NCBI RefSeq assembly: GCF_001194135.2
Contig: NC_068983.1
Coordinates: forward strand, 68,243,841-68,307,840
DNA length: 64,000 bases
Direction of reading: 5' to 3'
Source: Octopus bimaculoides
Taxonomy: Eukaryota
Both the position numbers and the translations under genes were made by a program. Under the pieces are notes generated by a model. The model was given only the letters and a program-made list of their open reading frames with translations, searched no databases and was not told where the DNA came from. Positions 12,196-22,287 of the stretch are shown in pieces. How positions within the stretch are numbered: position 1 is the stretch's first letter; each line of letters opens with the position of its first letter.

Positions 12196-12744
12196 GATTT
12201 CTGTTTCATTCCTGTGACCAGACGTTGAGATTTACAATGATATGATGATACGTTTAAACATTTAGACCAGCTTCTTCAATCAGAGTTGACCTACCATTAA
12301 ACAATGCATGTTATATACATTCACAAATTGTATACACTCATCCTCAAATTCTCACTAAACTTTTCCCCAAAAAACTATGACCTTTCTTAGGATCAATCAA
12401 TGCTCATATCTTACTGTAAATAACAATCTGCAGAAGATCATCCAGAACATCAAATAATATGATTTTAGCAATCTGAGAAATCTTGCAAAGATTATGGGCC
12501 CTATACATTCTACTTTGACTAAAAAATTCTAATTTAGCAATATCTATTATTGATTTTGAAATTACTCAGGGCTTGTTTTTAGGGTTGTATATTTAATCAA
12601 ATTGATTTAATCAACCCAGTAATGGACTGGGTTGATTAAATAAGTCCAATCAACTTGTGTGATTTGAACTTAAAATACAAAGAGATGTAGCCAAATAGTA
12701 CAGTATTTTATCCAGTACTCTACCAGTTCTGCTATCTGTTAATT

Positions 12745-12840
12745 TAATAATAATTATTATATTATCATTATTACTATTATTATTATTATTATTACTATTA
12801 TTATTATTATTACTATTATTATTATTATTATTATTATTAT
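12745..12840. repeat. (TAT)n microsatellite
   Basis: Directly visible. Confidence 0.95.
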
Positions 12841-13448
12841 AAAAGCAGTTACTATTCATCTTTTACTTGTTTCAGTCTTTGGAACTGCAGTCATGCTATG
12901 GCACCGCTTTGACGGGTTTAGTCAAACAAATCGACCCTACTACTTATTTTTTGTGAGCCTGTTACTTATTCTATTGGTCTCTTTTTCTCCCAAACTGCCA
13001 AGTTATGGGGGTGTAAACAAACCAACACCGATTGTCAAGCAGTGGTGGGAACAAAAAACAAATACACAAACACACACAGTGTGTGTGTTTGTGTATTTGT
13101 TCCTACACCTTGATCCAAGGATCAAGGTGTCGGTAGTAAGCCTCGAGCTGTCCATAAAAGGTATAAAAAACAACTTAAAGGAACAATAGTGGTTTATTGA
13201 CGTGGAAGGTTGTAAATTTTTCCACGTCAAAGTTCGACAAGCTGAAAAAAGTTATTTTAAGGTGCACGTTTAGCAACTGGGGTTGCTAACATGGAATCCC
13301 TTGACGACAATGTAACCTTCATTTGGCAAAGGTATCGTCGATCTGATGAGTAGCTAGTGGAGCACCCCTCGTTGTGTAATTATTACTTCTGATGTTCTGC
13401 TAGCTAGGAAACACATGTAGCCTGGAGTTTACCTACTCTATTTCCTAA

Positions 13449-13740
13449 ATTAGTGGTTAGGGTATTCGGCTCACGATTGTAAGGTCGTGAGTTCAATTCC
13501 CGGCGACGTGTTGTGTCCTTGAGCAAGACACTTTATTTCACGTTGTTCCAGTCTACTCAGCTGGCAAAAAAGAGTAGTACCTGTACGTTAAGGGTACACG
13601 TGTCTGTGGAGTGTTCAGCCACTTGCACGTTAATTTCACGAGCAAGCAGATCTATTCAGTTTCAATCTGAATAGATCTGAGCAAGCTGTTCCGTTGATTG
13701 TATCAGCTGGGATCCTCGTCATCATAACCGACAGAGTGCT
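13449..13740 (+). mobile_element. tRNA-derived SINE (family C-related head plus shared 3' segment)
   Basis: TAGTGGTTAGGG...GAGTTCAATTCCC head and GTGTCCTTGAGCAAGACACTT core. The 3' part ACGTTAAGGGTACACGTGTCTGTGGAGTG is shared with the 27132 and 58463 SINEs. Confidence 0.75.
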
Positions 13741-13878
13741 TAGCTTGCTTACCAACCACATGGTTCCGGGTTCAGTCCCACTGCGTAGCACCTTTGGCAA
13801 GTGTCTTCTACTATAGCCTTGAGCCGACCAAAGCCTTGAGTGGATTTGGTAGACGGAAACTGAAAGAAGCCCGTCGTA

Positions 13879-13941
<63 letters not shown>

Positions 13942-14152
13942 CTGTCTGTCTGTCTGTCTGTGTTTGTCCCCCCACCATCGCTTGACAACCGATGCTGGTG
14001 TGTTTACGTCCCCGTAACTTAGCGGTTCGGCAAAAAGAGACCGATAGAATAAGTACTAGGCTTACAAAGAATAAGTCCTGGGGTCGATTTTCTCGACTAA
14101 AGGCGGTGCTCCAGCATGGCCGCAGCCAAATGACTGAAACAAGTAAAAGAGT
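13741..14152 (+). mobile_element. SINE family A copy (5'-truncated)
   Basis: Near-identical to 4434-4824. Confidence 0.85.
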
Positions 14153-14939
14153 ATATATATATATATGACGGGTTTCTTTCAGTTTCCACTTACCAAATCT
14201 ACTCACAAAGTTGCTCTCTTAAATAGGAAAAAATTGTTCCTATTCTTGTTTTAACAAAGCCTAACCTGCGTATTTTCTTTTACTATCATTTCGAAAGGAT
14301 TCAGTTCATATGAAAGGTAACAAAAATAGCAAGTGGACGGAGGATAGTTCAAAGAAGACATAGGACAAACCTAGAACTGCACAAATACGATGACACAAAA
14401 TTAAAACAAAATATTTTATTGCAGATTTGCCTAATTCATGCTATCAAAAAAAAAATGTTAAAATTATAATGATGACTGTGACGGTGGTGTAATAAATGAA
14501 GTTATTAGGGTTGCATAGTAGCCAATTCTGCTTCATTATGATAGAAAATGCCCTTTGAAGCATTAGCTTCTATCGCGGACACATTTTTTGATACAACAGC
14601 TCCATAACAGCAGACAGATTTCAATTATAACAGCTGATATTCTTCTCCCACGAAAACATCTGATTGGACAGGTCTATTTGATACCGCAATTTTCGCACAT
14701 GTTTGCCCTTCCATACACTATAATTTCGATATCTTTGGAATATTAGAAAACAAATTTCAAATAGAGACAAGGGAACCATGACAGACCTCAAGACAATATC
14801 GAGTGAACTTTGCGTTGCTGCATTACCAAAGTAAAAGAACCAGCTGGTAGTTGCTACCCTAGTAGTTACAATAGTTGAAAAGATGATCCTATATGTAAAA
14901 CAGATTTGTACTGATGTGCAGGTGTAAATGGATAGTGTG

Positions 14940-14995
<56 letters not shown>

Positions 14996-15871
14996 TACAT
15001 ACACTTGTATAAATGCACATATTAACAAGATTGACAGAGCACTGCAATGCAACAAGTCGCAAATGACAAAATCTATTTTTCTAAATAGCATTAGCTACTA
15101 TATAGTATAGCATAACGGGACAAAATACATTATTGACTGAAGATCAAAACGATGTGTGTGAATACACATAAATAATATCATAATAGACACTTTCCATATC
15201 AATTCGAGTACTCATCTGAATTCCCACATATAATTACTAATAAACAGCCCTAAAATAGTAAAAGAAAAAAGTTATATAAGGACAAGAATGAGTGTTGCCG
15301 GGTGGATGTATTTGTGTAAATATATAATTATATACATACATACACACATTCAAAAGAATTCTTTTATCGGATACAAATCATCGCTTTATTTACAGTGAGG
15401 GTACTTTTGATTAAATCGCCTCCAGTTGTGATGTTTAAAACTGAATGAAAAGACTTCTGGCCAAATATCTTCGTTCATTTATTAGGACCATAGTATTCAA
15501 TAAACCTTTCCCTTTTTCTAATGCTCTGTGATGTAATTTAAAAAGAAAATTGGCTGTTATATCTAGCGTGTTGAAAGGCTGTGTACAGGTTGGCTCTACT
15601 ATTGATCAGAGTAGTCCTTTACATGAATTTATACATATACATATATTTATATAAAAAATATTCGTATATTTAGCGTTAAGTAAGTATACCCGTATTTTCC
15701 TTTACATAGGTATATTAAAAGATTCGGTCTTTCCGTTGATTTGGTTCATAGACATTGGTTATAACTCCAACTAATTTTAAATTGCAGAGCACTCTCAGTG
15801 AATTAATGCTTCAATTAGACGAATTAGATATGCCTTGTGGGGATCTATCTAGTTATCAAACATACACACAC

Positions 15872-15917
<46 letters not shown>

Positions 15918-15990
15918 TCGCACATACTATTTTTCAAGGCATGGTTAAATATTCCAAAATTGAACGAGAATAAATATTCCATCAACTTAC

Positions 15991-16050
15991 TCGAGGCTGT
16001 GGTACATAATTTGATCCACGAGATACAACGGGTCTCCCTCTATATGACAT
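15991..16050 (-). CDS. DROSHA: Probable first coding exon of Drosha (exon 16068-15991, ATG at 16050)
   Basis: Acceptor ttttttttaaag at 16069-70, 18 nt of UTR, then MSYRGRPVVSRGSNYVPQPR and donor GTAAGT. Phase 0 matches the next exon; loosely similar to the vertebrate MSFHPGRG. Confidence 0.72.
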
Positions 16051-16439
16051 TCCTTTCGCCAGATTAGACTTTAAAAAAAAATTAAAATCCTATCACAAAT
16101 CACAGCATCTGACCGGCATTGCGTATTCCGTTCAAACCTTGTTGATTTACCGGTGTAAAAATTTAGATTATGGGCTTCAAAAATATTACCACTGGGATTG
16201 GGGGTATGTATTTACTTTTAAGCCACAAATTCGCGAAAACAATATGAAATAATGATTTAACTCTTAAAAATAAAAACATCTTATTTTGCTCTATTATGCT
16301 CAAACAATAAATGTATTCTAATAATTAATTTCGACCAAGTTCCGATGTCATAGAATAGATCCAATTTTTCTTTGGTTATTCTTCGGACTGTGTCGCTCTG
16401 TTGGCTGTTGGACTGCCGGCGAGAAAAGTACAGGAATTG

Positions 16440-16530
16440 TTATCGATTCTCACTTGTAGTTGTTTTACTTAAAAGCAAAATTATTGACGGCCAACGTCAC
16501 AATCCCTCATTTTTTCCGCTTCCTGGTGAT
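16440..16530. promoter_or_regulatory. Candidate bidirectional housekeeping promoter
   Basis: CpG-enriched patch with tandem ETS-like TTCCGCTTCCTG, CRE-like ACGTCA and DRE-like TATCGAT. Splice donors point away on both strands (minus at 16453; plus at 16560). Confidence 0.5.
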
Positions 16531-16895
16531 TATATTTTATCCTAAAACTTATGCACGAGGTATGAGGGGCTTTCGTTGTTTTCAAAGCCTAACGACATCT
16601 CAAGTATAGTTTGATAGGAAATCTTTAAAAGATCTTATGGAATCCAAAGAAGCACAATCAGTATTCGATGATGCGACGATGATTTAATTGCCTGGAGTTC
16701 ATATTACATCACATGTTCAGTGATAACCCCTTTAAAAGATATTTATTGTGTGTAAACATTATACTGCACAAAACCTTGTCTGGACAATCAATTAAAACAA
16801 ACAGTTAAGATACTATTTATTTCTTTTAATTGACATCGGTCTCTGACTAAGGAACAATTACGTGAAAATTGTAAGGAATGAAATGAGAAGTTCTG

Positions 16896-17000
16896 GGCAA
16901 AGGTAAAGAATACGCACACCACTCGTTTTCGGCGTAACCCTAACCCTAACCCACCCCTGAACGCCGAAAACGAATGGTGTGCGTATTCTTTAACTCCGCC
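16896..17000. repeat. Foldback (32-bp arms) with telomere-like loop; MITE-like
   Basis: Arms 16904-16935 and 16961-16992 are reverse complements with one difference; loop AACCCTAACCCTAACCCACCCCTGA. Confidence 0.9.
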
Positions 17001-17113
17001 AAGTTGTGATGCGGTTCGTAACTTTCTTAATAACTTTCGCTGGGAAAATAAAGAAAATTAGATGAAAGTGGAAGTCAGACCGTTAATTCAGACTCGGTTA
17101 ACCTGAAATTTAC

Positions 17114-17224
17114 CTTTTGTTTTTATTTGCACTTGAGACAATGATAAATAAAATAATGTATTTTTTCTTTTGGCCTTTGTCGGGTGGAGGTCTGGAAACA
17201 GGCAATTTTTGTAAGAATGAGAAC
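17114..17224 (-). other. Candidate non-coding 5'UTR exon of Drosha
   Basis: Acceptor ttttctttattcatgtag and donor AAG|GTAAAT, just downstream (minus sense) of a CpG/ETS patch at 17320-17350. Confidence 0.45.
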
Positions 17225-17319
17225 CTACATGAATAAAGAAAATAACTCAATAAATCAAAGGCCTGTCTAAATTTAGATAAGAGATGATGTACTGAAAGCA
17301 TACGTAAAAAATTATAAAT

Positions 17320-17360
17320 TGAAATTTCGGCGTTTCTTCGTTTCCGGACCCTGTAAAAGT
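17320..17360. promoter_or_regulatory. Second candidate promoter patch
   Basis: CpG cluster TTTCGGCGTTTCTTCGTTTCCGGACC containing an ETS core (CCGGAAA on the minus strand). Confidence 0.4.
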
Positions 17361-18096
17361 GAAAGTAGAGATTTGAGGCAAAATTTTTTTTTTTTTTTTT
17401 TTTTTGGCTGTATCTGTTTAAAACTATTACATTGCGAGTATTGCATCATCGTTGTGTACTAGTATATCACCTTTGAGAGTAAAAATTGGTCAGCATAATT
17501 CTTGTTGAAAGAGTTTGAAGCATAGGTGACAGGTACTTTTTGTTGCATGATATTTTTCCTAAACTTTGACCTGTTTATGATTGCGGTTACTAATAAAATA
17601 TGTGGATAATTTTTGGTGTTTAACAATCAAAATTCTTTTCCCTGTTGGATTCCAAATCATTTTTTTTCCCAACACTAATGTCTAATTGATNNNNNNNNNN
17701 NNNNNNNNNNNNNNNNNNNNNNNNNNNNNNNNNNNNNNNNNNNNNNNNNNNNNNNNNNNNNNNNNNNNNNNNNNNNNNNNNNNNNNNNNNNNNNNNNNNN
17801 NNNNNNNNNNNNNNNNNNNNNNNNNNNNNNNNNNNNNNNNNNNNNNNNNNNNNNNNNNNNNNNNNNNNNNNNNNNNNNNNNNNNNNNNNNNNNNNNNNNN
17901 NNNNNNNNNNNNNNNNNNNNNNNNNNNNNNNNNNNNNNNNNNNNNNNNNNNNNNNNNNNNNNNNNNNNNNNNNNNNNNNNNNNNNNNNNNNNNNNNNNNN
18001 NNNNNNNNNNNNNNNNNNNNNNNNNNNNNNNNNNNNNNNNNNNNNNNNNNNNNNNNNNNNNNNNNNNNNNNNNNNNNNNNNNNNNNNNNNNNNNNN

Positions 18097-19120
18097 ATGT
18101 ACCCAGTGTAAGCTATGGACACATAAGAGGTGCAGCAATATCAAAGGAAGGCTAACTAGCAAGATAGTTTTTGTATGTGGCGGATGCTCAGGAGCAATAA
18201 ACACTGAAAATGTGCAGAAAACAACCTTTGCCACACTCCAGGGAGAAAAACTAGAAGTAGTTGATAGCTTCTGCTACCTAGGTGACCAAGTTTGTAGCGA
18301 GGGGTGGTGCACTGAAAGTGTAGCTGCTAGAATAAGAATAGCCTGAGCAAAGTTTAGAGAGCTCTTACCTCTGCTGGTGACAAAGGGCCTCTCACTCAGA
18401 GTAAAAGGCAGACTGTATGACGCATGTGTACGAACAGCCATGCTACATGGCAGTGAAACATGGGCCATGACTGCTGAGGACATGCGTAAGCTTGCAAGAA
18501 ACGAAGCCAGTGTGCATACTCATCAGAGTGTAAGTACCTTGAGAGAAAAGTTAGACCTAAGAAACATCAGTTGTGGTGTGCAAGAGAGACGATTGCGCTA
18601 GTATGGACATGTGGCAAGAATGGATGAGGATAGCTGTGTGAAAAAGTGTCACACCCTAGCAGTTGAAGGAACCTGTGGAAGAGGTAGACCCAGGAAGACC
18701 TGGGGTGAGGTGGTGAAGCACAACCTTCGAACTTTAGGCCTCACCGAGGCAATGACTAGTGACCGGAACCTTTGGAAATATGCAGTACGTGAGAAGACTA
18801 GGCAAGGCAAGTGAGAGCATAATCTGTGACCTCTGCCAGAAGGGTAGCCAGCTTACTAATTCGTATCTTTACTTCATTGGACACTAAAAACCTGCTTGCG
18901 AAGACCTGTTGAGGCAAGTGAATTTGGAATTTGAAATTTGAAATTTGAAATCTAAAATCAAAATCGAACCGAATCCAACAACTGGCACCCATGCCAACCT
19001 CTCCTTCATTGGATACTAAACTCTGCTTGCGAAGACCTGTTGGGGCAAGTGAAATCGAAATTGAACCATACTTGATGACTGACACCTGTGCCAGTGGAGC
19101 ACTAACAGCACCCATGGCTT
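18097..19120 (+). mobile_element. RTE-clade LINE 3' fragment (ORF C-terminus with stops, plus 3'UTR with internal repeat)
   Basis: KGLSLRVKGRLYDACVRTAMLHGSETW...GRGRPRKTW...REKTRQGK*, interrupted by stops; a ~50-bp repeat at ~18872 and ~19005. Confidence 0.9.
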
Positions 19121-19305
19121 TTACATAATATGAATGGAGAAGCTGTATTTTGCTGTCTCAAGCCATGGTTTTGTATCAAGGGCAGGAAATTTATTGTTTG
19201 AGTGCATAGACAAGTAGTCTATTGATACTTTGGTGGACATTGTCAGTTTTGCATTGGATGCTTTTCATTGTACTCTTTTTAAGTGCATTGGTATTATGAG
19301 TAGTT

Positions 19306-19571
19306 CATCATCATCATCATCATCGTTTAACATCCGCCTTCCAGGCTAGCATGGGTTGGACGATTTGACTGAGGACTGGCAGACCAGATGGCTGCACCAG
19401 GCTCCAATCTGATTTGGCAGAGTTTCTACAGCTGGATGCCCTTCCTAACGCCAACCACTCTGAGAGTGTAGTGGGTGCTTTTACTTGCCACCAGCACGAA
19501 GGCCAGTCAGGTGGTACTGGCAATGGCCACACTCAAAATGGTGTATTTTACGTGCCACCTGCACAGGAGCC
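19306..19571 (-). mobile_element. 3' end of RTE LINE
   Basis: Same 3'UTR and (GAT)n tail as 60101-60368. Confidence 0.85.
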
Positions 19572-21786
19572 GTATATATCTGGAATACACAATAACAGGT
19601 GTTCATTTTTCTTCTAAGTATTTATTACTTTTTTTTTTTTTGTCCTATCCAAACCATGAAGAGGTTGGCTACATTTTCAGCACTACTGACATCAATAGCT
19701 GCCCCTTTTTCCTGTTTACTGTTAAATCTGAGTATATGGCCCTTCAGTGCAGTTTTTATGCTGGCATATGCAATCCTTTTTTGTGACTGACTACTATCCT
19801 CTGGAGCTTAAATGAGCCTGCTCCAACATTTCTAGAGGACTTTTTTACTACTGATCTGATGGTGGATGACTTGCATCATTTGAACCTGGTGAGGTAGAAT
19901 TTTCATATGTCATATTTGCCTGCTGTCATTACTCAAGTCTTAGGAGAAAACCCATTTCAATTGTATTGTATTTACATCTTGAAACTCTAACTCAATCTGT
20001 GCTGATAATTGCCACACATTTCCCCACAGCAAAATCAATGTCAATAGATGGGTATGGGGATAACACATCCATTCAACCCATTTTACAACTTGTAAAGTCA
20101 TTGGAGTAAAGTGGTTGTAGTAATTGATTCTACTGAAGAGATCCTCTGAACTCTCACAAACAGACATTTCAATAAGCAGTCTTGATATCATTGAGAGGAA
20201 ATTCCTGTTTCTATTGTAATCAAAGGCTCTGCTACTTGTTGATTAGATGTTTTCTTTTGAACCTTCAATGCAGATGAGTCAAAGCTGTACATTTCTGATG
20301 ATTATTTAAGTATTTTTTCATTGTAGGAAACCTTAATTACTTATGAAACTGTTAGCTAACTTTTGGTTCTCTATGGAGCTTAATTAATAATACAGTATAA
20401 CACAAGTGGATTGTTATGATAAGATACTTCTGTTTTGAGTTGAGTTGATGCCAATGAATGCAAGAACACAAATTCCATTTGGGATTTTAAAAGTGAACAT
20501 ATTTTCATACTAAACTATGTATTGTTGTTACTATTAATGACAGAAAAGTTGTTTACACCAAATTAGATACTTCAAAGTTTGTATGAGATTTTGTTTGATC
20601 AGTAATAACAGTAGCTGTCATTATGTGCTTATAACAGCAAACTGGTTAAAGCTGCATTGTCATCCTTGTTCATTGGTGTTGGCTGACTTATGGACACCAC
20701 TTACAGCTTGTAGAGAGACAGTTCTGTTTATAGACAATGTTTCCATCAAGTTGAAAAGATGTGGAAAAACAACTTGTTGATAAGATCCTGTCATACCAGT
20801 TGTCTGAATGGTCAGTTCCTTAACGATGTTATCAATAATTGAGTGAATCATGTTTGTGTTGACAAAAAGATCTCTTGCCAGACATCTATTGACTAGACAT
20901 GTGCTCATGCCATCGATTTTTAACACAAATTTTGATTGTTGAAATTTGGCTATCCAGTTTTGATTCCTAGGTGTTTTGCAACTGCCAAATATTCTGGCTA
21001 CAGGATTAACATTGTTGTAACCAACAGTTGCATGGTGATGAAATTATGTCTGTAGACATTATTTTAGATCCCAATAATCTATGTACTACCCAGTGAGTTT
21101 CAGACATAGCGGCAACTGTAGCTTTTATATTTTTTACAAAAATTTCTTCAGCGTCAGAAATTACTATATTCTGAAAAAAAAAAAAAAGAAATGTTTAAAA
21201 TTTTAATTTTTTTCATTCCTTCTTTTTTCTATTGAAGTGTATGCACCTGGCTATAATTTTGTCACTTTTAATTGCTCAAATAAAAAATTTTCAGAACTAT
21301 GTTTTAAACACAAGAGATTATGATTCTTAAAAAAGCAATTTTAAAAATAATAACGAAGTTGAAGATTTGAATTAGAGATTAAGAATTAATATTGTAAGAT
21401 AGGGGTTAAAGTTTCGGTTTAGGATGAGGGTTCAGGGTTAAACGGAGAAAGGGAATTTTTAAAAATGAATTATCGTTTTTTTAAGAATCGCAAGGAAAGT
21501 TTTTAACTAAACAAAAATGTTGTTACCTAGTCCGATACTCTGACAATTGTTTGTCCAGCAGTTTATTATATTTTAAGCAAATTACGTTAAAACATTAAGG
21601 GCAGTTATCTGAACCCTGACAACGCCGGGTATTTAAAACTTTTGTGGCGTAGCTGATGTGATTTTTCCGAGTCGATCTGTAACGCTTAGCAAAAAGTTAA
21701 AAAGTCAGCTTTCGTTTGAAAAATGTTATCTAGTTCATCTGAAACACTGCAAACTGGGTCCAGCTCCCTACTGGATGTACCTAAAT

Positions 21787-21868
21787 GGGCGAAGGTAAAG
21801 AATACGCACACCCAGTGTTTAGGGTTACGCTGAAAACGGGTGGTGTGCGTATTCTTTACCTCCGGCCC
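21787..21868. repeat. Second copy of the 16.9-kb foldback family (internally deleted)
   Basis: Perfect 20-bp arms AGGTAAAGAATACGCACACC / GGTGTGCGTATTCTTTACCT with TTTAGGGTTA in the loop. Confidence 0.88.
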
Positions 21869-22284
21869 TAAGTATCTAGTTTGCAACTCAAATTTATTAG
21901 TTATCAACTTTCTAGCCTTACATGTGTCTACATAACGTTTTTAAAATGAAGTTGTGTCCCTTTAATTAAAACAAATAATTTTAATATCAAACAATTAAGA
22001 ATATACATTTATAAAATTATTCTCAAAATATTATTATAATATTTGGGATTTGAATTTTCCTAATGTAAAAAAAAAAGTTGGTTAAAACTGGCAAAACTAT
22101 TTTTTCGAAACCGGTGTTAATAGAAAATATATTCCTCGTTGAAGTGTTTCTTTCTTCTTTTCTCTTGTTACTGCTTTCTTGTAAATAGATATATACATAT
22201 ATGTATATATCTACGTTGTCTTTTTTATTGTCACGAGGGAAATCAGTATAACTGTTTTATCTGGATAAAATTTAAATATCGGAT

Positions 22285-22287
22285 ATG
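22285..22287 (+). CDS. RABGGTB: Probable RABGGTB exon 1 (ATG only)
   Basis: GGAT-ATG|GTAGGT. Vertebrate RABGGTB also splices right after the ATG, giving M|VTPVKDV versus human M|GTPQKDV. An alternative candidate MHE|gt lies at 16551-16559. Confidence 0.5.

Noticed and set aside
13449-13510. tRNA gene-like heads (also at 4434, 27132, 58463)
   Set aside because: They continue into SINE bodies and lack a complete cloverleaf and Pol III terminator, so they are not tRNA genes.
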